This document shows positions 1 through 10,600 of a stretch of 30,768 bases of DNA, piece by piece. Within the stretch, counting starts at the first letter, position 1. Every line of letters starts with the position of its first letter. The notes under the pieces are model-generated. The model did no database searches. It was not told the origin of the DNA and was given only the letters and a program-made list of their open reading frames with translations. The translations under genes and the position numbers were made by a program. The DNA comes from a virus (lineage: Duplodnaviria; Caudoviricetes): IMG/VR virus record IMGVR_UViG_3300027672_000050, positions 1 through 30,768 of that record; one strand, given 5' to 3'.

Positions 1-3000
1 AACTGTTCATATGTTAAACCTGGTTTAAGTCTCTTAATAGCCGTCTGAGACGTTACGCCTTTACTTCGTTTACCTGTAGCTTCATAAAAAACTTTCATTA
101 AACTAGAAGGTATTTTTAACCCAGTACCTTTAACAGGTTTATATGCTTGAGCGTCTACAGTTGCTAGCTCAGGAGATACGTTTTCTGGTGGTAGTAATTT
201 AAACAAATCAGTACCCATAGATTTTATAACATCTTGGATTTTACTAGACTCTGATTTTATAACCATACCAACTTTAGCGTCAGGATAGTATTTCTTAATC
301 TTGTTTATATTGCTATCGTCAACGATTACATCTTTGTAAGTTAAATTGTCAGCAGGATCAGTTACTTTTAAAACAGGTATATCAAATATCTCAGCTGTTA
401 CTTCAGTTGCTAAGTCTTTTAAATTACCAAAAGTAGATTTATCTATGCTAACTTCACCAGATTCAACTATGTTTTTTATAGCTTCTCTGTACTTGTTTTT
501 TGATTCTTGATTTCTTACTAGTTCAATAGGTTTTATCTTCCTAGAAGTCTTGTCAGTAGCCACTTCTGTTGTTGTAGAAGTGTCAGCAACAGCTTCTCTT
601 ACTGAGCCAGCAGTTCCAGCTTCAGCATCTAAACTTTTATCAGCTATTTTTTTAAACTTCTCATAAGTTTGTTGAGCTTTAGGGGCAATATTATTATATA
701 CCCAAGTTGAAAATTTTGCTTCACTAGGATTGTAAGATTTTAGTATAGTAGGGAAAAAACTTCTTAAATAATCTCTTACTTCTGTCCTATCATAATCTCC
801 TTTTCTAGTATCGTATTTTATAGCGTTTAAAGCCATTGTATCAAACGAGTCAACTAGATCAGCCTCTGCAACTGCTTTTTCTTTAGAGCTAGTATCTTCT
901 GATTTTATAGTCTCTATTAGATTTTCGTTGTTATATACTTTCTTAGGTTTTGATTCTTTGTCTGAAGTTTCTTTTTTAACTGTAGGTTTTTTAGTTGACT
1001 CAGTTTTGGCTTTGGCTTCGTTTCGTTCAGCTGTTTTTATTTTGTTTTCTAAATTAGATTTAGCAGCATCGAAAGCAAATTCATCGTCAAAATCAAACTC
1101 ATCTAAAGCATCTAGCTCTTCTTTAAGAGCGTCTACTTGTTCTTTATTAGTCTTAGATAAAGATATATCGTTAATAGTACCTATCTCTGAGGACTTTACT
1201 CCTCGCTCAGTTTCTTGGTTTCTAATGGCTTCTATAACACTAGAATCAACTTTATCGTTTTTAAGTATACTATTATTGTATTGCTTTAAAAACTCAAAAA
1301 CATCTTCACCTGATTTAAAACTTATATTTTTATAACCTTGTATTTTAAGTAAATTTATTACAAACTTTTTAAGTTTTGTGAAAACATTTTCATCGTATTT
1401 TATATCCTTGTTAAGTATACCTTCAGAGAAATAAGTTAAAAACTCTGAGTCATGATCTTCAGTTTTTACATTTGCATCTAGTTGTGATTGAACCCAATTT
1501 AATTGAGATGAGTTTAATTTTTCTTTAAATTCTTTAACTATTCTAGATTGATTTTGTATATCTCCAAGAACAGCATTTAGCACAGGGTGCAACACCTCGT
1601 GGTTAGACACTGATACAGAACCTTGTTTAAGCGCTACTGTTTTATCCACGAATATTTTACCCGCTCCGATAAAAGCACCGTTAGATCCTCTAGCCTCAAT
1701 AGCGGCATCTTCTAAAGACATGTTTGTATTTTCAGAAATAGCTTTTATATAATCCTCAGTGCTATTAAATACTTGAGGACCTTTTTTAAATCCTAATTTT
1801 TTTGCTAAATCAGAAGCCGCTTTATTTCTTCTCTCAAACATTCTTTCGTTAGAGTTCCTGAATAAGTCTTTATTAACTTTTTTTATTTGTTTTAATTTTT
1901 GCTCCGCTAAGTTCTTTACAATTTCTTTTGTTTTTGGATTCTTAATCTTAGCGTTTAAGCTGTTTATTTCTAGTTTATTCTTAGCGTAGGCTTTAACTTC
2001 TTCAGAAGTCATGTTTTTTAAAGCATTACTATTCTGAGACTTAATATCAACTACTTTAGATATTTCTTCTTTTATAGCCTCGTCTATTAGTTTTGAACTT
2101 TCAACATCTGCTGTTTTTTTACTCTTATACAGCTCAGAAAGTTCGTTAGATGAATTTATTACAACCTGTTTTATCTCGTCAGGCATTAACACGTATTCAG
2201 CTGCTTTTACAGCGTTTACGTTTCTATTCTTAGCAGCACCAACACTTGTACCAGCGATACCAAAAACAGATCCAACAAGACCTTCTTCCGCTATTGATTT
2301 CCAGTCTTTAGATAAATCAAACTCTCTACTTAATCCAACGCCAGTATAGTTAGGTAGAGCGTCTAATAGCAGCGATGTAGTTTTAGTAGCTGCCTCAGAA
2401 CCAAATTCACTAGCAGTGTTTATACCTAGTTTTTTAATCAAACTTTCAGAACCACCTCTTATTAAATCTTCAGCAGCTTTTCTATTACCTTTATTAGTTA
2501 AAATTCCAGCTCTTTTTAATACACCTCTAGTAGCAATCTCAAAACCAGCTTCAATAGTTCCACTAGCTAAAGCATTAGCAACAAGATTAGCTGTGTTAAT
2601 TGAAGGATCTTTTTCAAACTCTTCGGTGAATTTAGCTCCAGCAGAAGAACCACCTAAAGCAACTAAGCCACCTATCCCTAAAGAAGCAGCAACAACAGAA
2701 GGTAAAGACTCTAGAGCACTACCAACAGCTCTTTCACCTGCTATTAAATAATTGCCTTCTTCTATGTCATCAATAATACTTTCATTTTCGTATTCTCTAA
2801 TACTTGGCTCTAGTTTTTGTATAAAAATTTCAGCAGCTAAACTGTGATTAAAATTCACAGCGCCTCTACTTTGTTTCGCTACTTTCATTAAAGCTTTTTT
2901 CTCCTCTGGAGTACCTTCGTAATCAGAATCAAAAGCGTTCAAACCAGCCTCCATGATAGAAAACTCTACCATATCTACAAAATCTACGCTATTTTTAACA

Positions 3001-3665
3001 AAAGAAGCAAAACCTCTAACAGTTTGAGCGGCATAGCTTTCTATTAAGCTTGGTTGTGTTGTTTCTTTTAATATCTTCTTAGCTTTATTATCTATTTCCT
3101 CTGGTGTTATCTCAAACTCTACTATACCATCAAAACTATATTGTCTTTCTATTTCGTTACTAGCAGCTTCTTGCAGTTTTATCTTTTCACTACTTTCTAG
3201 TTTTTCAAATTCATCACTAGAGAAATCATCTCCAGTAATAATATTTTGATCCATTTTAAATAAGTCATTTTTGTAGCCTTGTAAAACAGCTGCATCTGAT
3301 TTATTAACTTCACCTCCCTGTTCTATGTAATCATTTATTTGCTTTTCAGTTTCTTCTATGCTAGAAACCAATAAATCTCTTTCACTAAACTCTTTTAGTT
3401 CAGGTTCTTGTAACTCCGAAGAAGTATCTTCCAACTCTAAATCCGTATCTTCTGGTTGTACACCTGATATTATTGATGCTCTGCTTGGAGTTGCTACTGG
3501 CACTACATCCGCATCCTTTTCTGCAGCACCATTTTGAAAATCCTGTGTTTCTTCTTCTTGTACTAACTCCGCTTCAGGGTATTGCGTTAGAAAAAAATCA
3601 ATTGATTCTTGTGAGTATTCAGTTACATCAACTATTGTTCCGTCCTCTATTTTGTATTTTGTCAT
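1..3665 (-). CDS. Giant virion/ejection (polyvalent) protein, truncated at the window edge; Gly/Ala-rich membrane-type segment, zincin HExxH domain, sigma-2-like domain
   Basis: Not in the ORF track because no stop is reached. ATG at 3665 (MTKYKIEDGTIVDVTEYSQESIDFF...). The same frame reads HEVLH at 1601-1587, KFSTWVYNNI near 716-687 and ...AIKRLKPGLTYEQ at the edge, about 1221 codons. It lies after the tail and ejection genes, where giant virion-packaged proteins sit in crAss-like phages. Confidence 0.85.
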   Translation of the reverse strand, partial: MTKYKIEDGTIVDVTEYSQESIDFFLTQYPEAELVQEEETQDFQNGAAEKDADVVPVATPSRASIISGVQPEDTDLELEDTSSELQEPELKEFSERDLLVSSIEETEKQINDYIEQGGEVNKSDAAVLQGYKNDLFKMDQNIITGDDFSSDEFEKLESSEKIKLQEAASNEIERQYSFDGIVEFEITPEEIDNKAKKILKETTQPSLIESYAAQTVRGFASFVKNSVDFVDMVEFSIMEAGLNAFDSDYEGTPEEKKALMKVAKQSRGAVNFNHSLAAEIFIQKLEPSIREYENESIIDDIEEGNYLIAGERAVGSALESLPSVVAASLGIGGLVALGGSSAGAKFTEEFEKDPSINTANLVANALASGTIEAGFEIATRGVLKRAGILTNKGNRKAAEDLIRGGSESLIKKLGINTASEFGSEAATKTTSLLLDALPNYTGVGLSREFDLSKDWKSIAEEGLVGSVFGIAGTSVGAAKNRNVNAVKAAEYVLMPDEIKQVVINSSNELSELYKSKKTADVESSKLIDEAIKEEISKVVDIKSQNSNALKNMTSEEVKAYAKNKLEINSLNAKIKNPKTKEIVKNLAEQKLKQIKKVNKDLFRNSNERMFERRNKAASDLAKKLGFKKGPQVFNSTEDYIKAISENTNMSLEDAAIEARGSNGAFIGAGKIFVDKTVALKQGSVSVSNHEVLHPVLNAVLGDIQNQSRIVKEFKEKLNSSQLNWVQSQLDANVKTEDHDSEFLTYFSEGILNKDIKYDENVFTKLKKFVINLLKIQGYKNISFKSGEDVFEFLKQYNNSILKNDKVDSSVIEAIRNQETERGVKSSEIGTINDISLSKTNKEQVDALKEELDALDEFDFDDEFAFDAAKSNLENKIKTAERNEAKAKTESTKKPTVKKETSDKESKPKKVYNNENLIETIKSEDTSSKEKAVAEADLVDSFDTMALNAIKYDTRKGDYDRTEVRDYLRSFFPTILKSYNPSEAKFSTWVYNNIAPKAQQTYEKFKKIADKSLDAEAGTAGSVREAVADTSTTTEVATDKTSRKIKPIELVRNQESKNKYREAIKNIVESGEVSIDKSTFGNLKDLATEVTAEIFDIPVLKVTDPADNLTYKDVIVDDSNINKIKKYYPDAKVGMVIKSESSKIQDVIKSMGTDLFKLLPPENVSPELATVDAQAYKPVKGTGLKIPSSLMKVFYEATGKRSKGVTSQTAIKRLKPGLTYEQ

Positions 3666-3697
3666 TATATGATTACTTTTAACAATATATTTGATTA

Positions 3698-5209
3698 TTA
3701 ATTATTTGACTTATCGTACGCTTCCATTATTTGCATGTTTCTAGTCAGTTTATTGTATGGCCCAGGGTTTTCTTCGTCCCATTTATCAGCAAATTTTTCA
3801 AAATCACTTTTTGATTTTTTACCTAGCTTTTCTTTAGTCCCTGCTCTAAGAGCTTCTGAAAACTGTTTTCTCATTAGCTTAGCATCTTTACCGCCACCAT
3901 CTCCAGCTTTTGAAGCTTTAAATAATCGAGTGTAAAAATCTATTCTACTATCTGGATCATTCATATTAAAGACTAAGTCTTCATTGCCATCGTAACCTTT
4001 TCTATCTGTTGCGTTTATAGTAATAGTATTATTTCCTTCATCATAAATACCTTCTACCCCTGTATACTCTATAAGCGATGACATAGGATTTTCTTCAACC
4101 TTGTCATAAAATGCTTTACCAGTTTCAATAAGATCAGGTTTAGTTGGAGCTTTCTTAGTTTCAACAGATCCAAATTTTAAGCCTGTATTTAAAGTCTTTT
4201 GAGCAAATTTATTAGCAGTATACTCTGCATATGCTTTTGTTATTACTTTTTTAGCGGCTATAGACTCAGGGCTGTCTTGAATCCATGTTTTTTGGTAAAC
4301 AATAGTATCTGCACCTTCTTTTCTTAAAACATCATTATACAAAACTATTGCTTCTCCTGCAGTCAGCGATTCTACTTGAGCCTTTGCGTAAGGTTCTGCT
4401 TTAATTAAGAAATTTTCTTTACTAGGTAATCTAGATTTCCTAAATTTATTAGAGCCTTTACCTTCCTCGATACTACTCTCTGGTTGACCTGCATAAGCAG
4501 GGGAGTTTGGATTTTTTAGATCCATTTCAGAAGCAGCTCTATCAGCCACTTCTTGCATATCAGAAGTTTCATCTGGTATTATTTGAGGGATAGATAAATT
4601 ATTCATATCAGGATTTAAAGAAGAACCGGCGCTTGAACCATTTTCGTTTAAAACATCTATTCTAACTTCTGCCGATAAACCTCTTGGATCAAAATTTAAT
4701 TTCTTACTACCAGGAGCTTGATTATAACCATACAATATATCGTTTTTATTAAGAACACCTGTATCAGCGTCTTTCCTTAATCCACCCATTACGCCTAAAC
4801 CTTTTTCTCTTGCGGCTACGTAATCTTGACCACCAGCTGTTGTATTAGCTAGCATGTTTTTAATCGTTGTTCCGCTATTATCCATATTGGTAATAAAAGA
4901 ATTCATCTCTCTAGTTCTTTTAGAAGGATTTATCTTCATGTACTCACCGTACTCGTCTAATAAATCATACATTTGATCAAGGTTGGTAGCTTTATTAGCA
5001 TTGGCTACTTGATTTAGTTGACCAGATATTCTATTGATTCTTTCTTGAGACTTAGCGACTACTTCCTCGTTTAGTTTAGCGCGTCTTTCGTACTCTTTTT
5101 TTTGTTCGCTAGCGTAATCAGAAAACGTACCTGCTAAAGATTTTTGTAAATCTCTTACGTACTGGCCAGACTGAGTGTCTACTATTTGTTTTGGGTTTCT
5201 ATAACTCAT
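3698..5209 (-). CDS. Hypothetical protein, probable internal virion/ejection protein (503 aa)
   Basis: Long ORF with an N-terminal coiled coil, between a pilot-like gene and the giant gene. Function inferred from position only. Confidence 0.6.
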   Translation of the reverse strand: MSYRNPKQIVDTQSGQYVRDLQKSLAGTFSDYASEQKKEYERRAKLNEEVVAKSQERINRISGQLNQVANANKATNLDQMYDLLDEYGEYMKINPSKRTREMNSFITNMDNSGTTIKNMLANTTAGGQDYVAAREKGLGVMGGLRKDADTGVLNKNDILYGYNQAPGSKKLNFDPRGLSAEVRIDVLNENGSSAGSSLNPDMNNLSIPQIIPDETSDMQEVADRAASEMDLKNPNSPAYAGQPESSIEEGKGSNKFRKSRLPSKENFLIKAEPYAKAQVESLTAGEAIVLYNDVLRKEGADTIVYQKTWIQDSPESIAAKKVITKAYAEYTANKFAQKTLNTGLKFGSVETKKAPTKPDLIETGKAFYDKVEENPMSSLIEYTGVEGIYDEGNNTITINATDRKGYDGNEDLVFNMNDPDSRIDFYTRLFKASKAGDGGGKDAKLMRKQFSEALRAGTKEKLGKKSKSDFEKFADKWDEENPGPYNKLTRNMQIMEAYDKSNN

Positions 5210-5219
5210 ATGTTATTAA

Positions 5220-6023
5220 TTAAAATTTGTAAACAGGTAATCCTGCAAAGCCTGGTGTTGAAGAATCTCTAGATTGACTAGTGTTTAACGGAGGAGGTGT
5301 AAACCCAGAACCAGTTGTTGTGTCAAAACCTTGTTTATCAAAACTATTAGCGGAACCAGATGCACTCATAAAGCTACCAGCAGTTGAAGCGAGTCCTCCT
5401 ACCATGCCTGTAAAAGCGCCTGTTCTATCAGCAGATGCTTGAGCTTCTATAGCTTCTTGACCAGCTATTTGAGCAGATACTCTATCCAATTGCGCTACTT
5501 CTCTACCTTCTCTTATACCAAACTCAAACTGTTTACCAGAAGCTTCTGCTTGTTGTATTCTTTGAGCTTCAGCCATTTTTTGTTGTTGCTGTCTTTCTTC
5601 TCCTTGTGCTCTTGCTTTTTCGTTTTGAGCTTCTTGAGCTTCTATACTAGCAGAAACACCTTTTTTACTCTGTAACGCTGCTTGAGCTAAAGCTGTCGCT
5701 CCACCGGCACTTGCGCCAGTAGCTCTAATAGTATCTAAAGTATTTGCTAAAGATATATCAGCTTGCTCTATTTGTATTTCAGCCGCTTGAGTAGCAACTC
5801 CTAACGAAGCATATGGATTTGTAATCATATCACTAAGATTAGTTACGCCTGCGTAAGGGTTAATTATTTCTTGTCTAGAGTTTTCTAGCGAAGTAAGTTT
5901 AGCTTGAAGTCTTTGTTTTTCACGAGCTGCTGCTTCTTCTTTTCTTCTAGCAGAGGCCATACCAAATAATCCACTGACTATTTGTACCCCTCCTGAAAAT
6001 ATTGCTGCTGGTCCTAATGGCAT
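5220..6023 (-). CDS. Putative DNA ejection/pilot protein (267 aa)
   Basis: Gly/Ala-rich hydrophobic N-terminus (GPAAIFSGGVQIVSGLFGMASA), Gln/Ala-rich coiled coil and a second Gly-rich hydrophobic patch (GAFTGMVGGLASTAG). This architecture is typical of the podovirus ejection protein that follows the nozzle gene. Confidence 0.65.
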   Translation of the reverse strand: MPLGPAAIFSGGVQIVSGLFGMASARRKEEAAAREKQRLQAKLTSLENSRQEIINPYAGVTNLSDMITNPYASLGVATQAAEIQIEQADISLANTLDTIRATGASAGGATALAQAALQSKKGVSASIEAQEAQNEKARAQGEERQQQQKMAEAQRIQQAEASGKQFEFGIREGREVAQLDRVSAQIAGQEAIEAQASADRTGAFTGMVGGLASTAGSFMSASGSANSFDKQGFDTTTGSGFTPPPLNTSQSRDSSTPGFAGLPVYKF

Positions 6024-6045
6024 ATTTTTGTTTTTTATTTATTTA

Positions 6046-7611
6046 TTAATAAGATGATTCTGAGTAGCTTGAAGACACTGCAAAAAGTTCTTTAAATCCT
6101 CCAGGATCTGTTCCCCCTATAAGTAATTCTACATTGTTAGATATTGTTTGTGGGGTGTTAACTTCTATATTATCACCTGTTATCGAGACAATTACCGTTC
6201 CAGTTGTTACACCTTCACCTAAAACAGCTTTACCAACTACTAAAGAGCCTTTTATTTGATTTAAAGGTATAGTTGTGCTATCATTAACAGACTGAGATGT
6301 TCTAGCTATAGTTCCGTCTGTAGACATCTCCACTGTTGCGTAAAAACCTTTTACACCAGAAACACTGTTACCCCATAATATCTCTTCGTTAAAAGCAGAA
6401 GAGTTGTTAATTATGTTAGCAAAATACTTATTTTCTTTTCTATTAAAACCTATTCTATACTTAACTCCGTCTTCATAATATACTCCTTCTTCATAGCTAT
6501 ATATAGGTAAAGCTACATCACCTAAAGCAGAGTTATGTTCATCAGTGTTAAAGCTTTTTACTTCCCACCCGCTGTTTCCTTCGTAGTTAACTGTATTAAA
6601 TACCTTAGGCATGCTAACTTTAGGGTTTAGTATTAACTTTACAGTAGAAGGAGATGAATGTCCATAAAAACTATTTCTATTAACACTATTATCATAATGC
6701 CTCCACAATCCTCCGTCTTTAACGCTATAGTAAGAGTTTCTTAAACTAAAAGTTTTATCAGGATTATATGTAAAGAAACTAGTCCAACCATTAACCTGCT
6801 CATCAAATGATAGTGTATTAAAATTATCAGTACTTAAAGCTTTTTTAGTGTTAAGTACATATTGTTTATTATAGACGTCCCAACCAGCAACAACACTACC
6901 AGGAACCTCTCCAGAGTCAATATTACTAAATTCATCTCTAAAATAATCATACATTTTATAGTTAGATATTTCAGTTATACCATCCATAGATAACCTAAGA
7001 ACAGCGTTTCTATCTCTATCTGTAAAATACTTTCTATAACCATAAGCAGCAAAACTACCAGGGTCTCTACTTATACCAAACTCTCCACCGTAAGGCATTA
7101 TTGTACCTATAGTAGTGTTAACATTTGTAATACTTCCACCACCTTCAGCGGAGTATATAGCGTCTTTATCTATTAACGCTTTAGATACTTTAGATTCTTG
7201 AAATATAAGTAAATTAGTGTCTTCTGCATATAGTCTCTGTATACTTCCATTAGCTGGGTCAGCTGATTTTATTATATCTTCACCTATAGAAAAAACATTA
7301 GTATCATTAACACCTGTTCTAGAATTATATATTCCAGAATATATTAAAGAGTTAATTCTATTAGAAGCGTTAGGCTCGTCTTCTACCAAGTAAGCTTTTA
7401 CACCATTACTAACAACGGTATTATTATAACCACCTCTTATTCTAGACTCTTCAACAACATAGCTAAAAGCTGGTTGAGTAGAAGATGCTACAGGGAATCC
7501 ACCTACACTATCAGGTATACCAGTAGAACCATTCCATATAGGTCGGTTGTTTTTGTTAGTTTTCTTCAAAAGAAAAGTGTTAAAATACTCTACTTCTATT
7601 ACTATGCTCAT
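6046..7611 (-). CDS. Tail nozzle/stabilisation protein, C-terminal part (521 aa)
   Basis: Motifs ESRIRGGYN, LIYSGIYNSRTGVN, GSIQRL, GEFGISRDPGSFA, YFTDRDRNAVLRLSMDGITEIS and GWTSFFTY resemble the beta-propeller C-terminal half of P22 gp10-like / crAss-like stabilisation proteins (recognised from memory). Confidence 0.7.
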   Translation of the reverse strand: MSIVIEVEYFNTFLLKKTNKNNRPIWNGSTGIPDSVGGFPVASSTQPAFSYVVEESRIRGGYNNTVVSNGVKAYLVEDEPNASNRINSLIYSGIYNSRTGVNDTNVFSIGEDIIKSADPANGSIQRLYAEDTNLLIFQESKVSKALIDKDAIYSAEGGGSITNVNTTIGTIMPYGGEFGISRDPGSFAAYGYRKYFTDRDRNAVLRLSMDGITEISNYKMYDYFRDEFSNIDSGEVPGSVVAGWDVYNKQYVLNTKKALSTDNFNTLSFDEQVNGWTSFFTYNPDKTFSLRNSYYSVKDGGLWRHYDNSVNRNSFYGHSSPSTVKLILNPKVSMPKVFNTVNYEGNSGWEVKSFNTDEHNSALGDVALPIYSYEEGVYYEDGVKYRIGFNRKENKYFANIINNSSAFNEEILWGNSVSGVKGFYATVEMSTDGTIARTSQSVNDSTTIPLNQIKGSLVVGKAVLGEGVTTGTVIVSITGDNIEVNTPQTISNNVELLIGGTDPGGFKELFAVSSSYSESSY

Positions 7612-10600
7612 AAATATATTTTTACTTGTTATCGCTATTAATTAATATTATGCGTTGTAAACTCCATCTTCATACTCAAAAGTAAAGTTAACAGGGTCTG
7701 GATTAAACACGGTGCTTTGTGTTATAGTGTAAGTAAATAGTGTCGGTATACACTGACCAGCTAAAAATTCAGTCCTTGCGGCTGACTCGTTTAATAGAAA
7801 ACTTTTCCAGGTGTCGCATGTCCTACCGGCAGCGTCGCCTCCTGCAGGAATAAGTATAACACCACCAGTTACAGGAGCACCTGAATTAGCTATCATATGA
7901 CCCCAAGGATCTGTTTGATTTGAGTTTGTTACGTCCACGTAATAATACCATCCAGCTGCTAAATCCACAGAAACACTTTCAAACAGCACTGCGTCTCCAA
8001 CGCTAAGACCTAAAGAACCTGCAAAATTATTAAAAGTAATAGTGTTACCAACAACGCTATTTATAAAATTTACAAATCGTTTTTCTATAAACACTTCTGC
8101 ATTGTCATCTAATAATTGTATATTGTTAGTAGTTATAATACTACCATTAATAGCAGTAATTACTGTTCCAGATGCAACACCGTCACCAGCAACAGTGTTA
8201 CCAACAGCTAATGATCCATTTATTTGTTTCAATGGTATATCATAACTAAGAACTGCTCCATCAACAAGAGCGGTTGCATTTTGAAGAACTGCAAATTGAT
8301 TAGGTTGAACAATGCCTGACAAGTTACTAACTGTGATCGTGTTTGAGTTAACTATTGAAGCCACTGTTGCAGCTCCATACACAGAGGTGTTTCTTGGTGC
8401 GATATACATTTTAAACCAAGTCCTAGTGTACGCGGCTCCACCTGACGTTTGCCCTAAAGTGCCATTTATAGTTTCTATTACAAAACCACTAACATCTAGA
8501 GCCATATTAATTTTTACATCTCTAAAAGTAGATAAAGAAGGATCACTTAGCTTTATTTTAACTGTATAATTATCAGCTGGCATGCTCGTGTTTTGATAAC
8601 CAGTATTAGTAATAGCTCCTGTAGAAGAGTTTATTGCAAAATAATTTGTATTTGTTCCAGTAGAAGAAACTTCGCTTTCCTTACTCCATACTAAATCTTG
8701 AGATCTGTTCAAAGGTGGATTTGAAACGTCTACCGTTGTACCGGCTGAGCCGTTATAACCAACTAAAGTTATAATATTCTGGATAGTTGGAGAAATGAAC
8801 TCTGTAGATATAAGACCTGTATAAGGAGGTGTTTCATCAATACTACTTAATATTATAGGATTTTCGTTAACTAAAGTGATTGTTTCGTTGAAAGAAGCTG
8901 TTTGACCGTTAACAGTTGCTGTAAAATTAAATTGAAAATTGTTTAAAGAACTATTAGAATTAAAATACACGTTATCCATATAGGCTTGTGTAGTGAATAT
9001 ATTATACTCTCCAGAACCTGTTGTTGTTTCTGTTAATAAAAAATAAGCTCCACTTGAGTATGATGTCTGTACATTAATACCTCCGCTAATAACAGACGCT
9101 ATGGTAAGTGGAGAGTTTATTTGAGAAACAGGTGTTTTTTGCTGAAAAGCATCAACTAAGTATATAGGCGCTGTAAATATCGCAGGATACACAGGCGGTG
9201 TTGCTTGCGTAGGCCATAGAGCCTCTGTAAAAGGCGTTGTGTTGTGGTCGTTTATACCAGCCGCAGCTAATCCATTTACATTAGTTGTTAATATACCTTC
9301 ATTTATCTCACCAATTAACCCCGTTGTTGATGTTTCCCAAAATATATCTAGAGAACTAACAACTGGTTCGGTTTCATAAATAGCTAATTGTTGGATACCA
9401 GGCGTCTTAAAAGAAGAAACCGTAGCTGAGTCTCCAGCTGTAACGTTTACAGAAAAAGTAGCATCAATAGTAGCAGCTGCTTTGTAAGATAATTGAGTAC
9501 CGTTAACTACAGCTACATCTTGATTCAAGGTGACTGTCATTGGTGCACCTGTGTTCAGTACAATATCTAAAACAAAAGTATTATCAGGTACACCAGTACC
9601 AGATAACGAGTCACCGATTTCTAATAATGAAGTCGTTTGAAGCTCTATTTCATTTGTAGAAGTACTGGCCTGCGCTGTTATTAAAGTGCCAGTTGCTGGT
9701 TGAGGTGTAAAACCACCTGAGTCAACTTTTAAATTTTCTGGTAAACCAGGGCCTGTTATATTGTCACCAACTTGTACGTTAGAAGTGTCACCGGATACAC
9801 CTATCAATCTTATCAAATCTGATGTAGCTGTTAAAGAAATTATACCAGTAAAAGTAAAAAAGTTAGTTGTTGCTATTTGACCAATTTTAGCATTAGTACT
9901 TATTTTAGCTATAAGAGGGTTAGAGGTAAAAGAATAAAACTGAGGAAAAAGGTTTGGTATTGGTGGATCTTGACTATTGTAATCAAACAACGTACTCATA
10001 TCTGCTATAGACGTCACAACATCAGTAGCTGCTCCAGGAAAATATTGCGCATTACCTTCTCCAACGTTAAGAATTATAGCTTCAGAAGAGTTTTGAACTC
10101 TACCAAAAAGCTGTACAGAGCTTCTATAGAGTTTCTGATCTGGCCCTATTTCTGTTAAATCTCTAGGTACTTTGTTAATATTGTCACTTGTTAAAGCTAT
10201 ATGAGAAGTATTACCTAGCTCTAGAGTGGTATCAGTTGGATAAGAAGCCATGATGCCAGGTAGGTATACATTGTAATATTCTTGTTCGTTTTGTTTTACA
10301 ACAACCTTGAAGGAATACCAACCTAAAGGATTATAACTATCACTATCAGACTCTCCATTATATACACCTGGCTCTCCGTTTACGTAGTTTTTAGTTGTTC
10401 CTATTTGTTTATTTATTGATAATTTTATAGAATTACCTAGCCAATCTATAGGATTGATGCTACTGTCTATGTATGGAGAAAACAATGTAGAACCAATAAA
10501 ACCATTACCGTTTATTTCTACATAACTTGAATTATTCGAAAGTATAGTTGTTGATTGTCTACCGTATCTATCTGATAAAACAATACCTACTTGATATGTT

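Noticed and set aside
7612-7650. Read-through joining the 1659-aa and 521-aa nozzle ORFs, which are in frame
   Set aside because: Two TAA codons (TAA TAT TAA) intervene, and the second ORF has its own A/T-rich leader and ATG.
7648-7900. GC-richer 3' end of the nozzle gene as a diversity-generating retroelement target
   Set aside because: No template repeat or reverse transcriptase was seen in the window.
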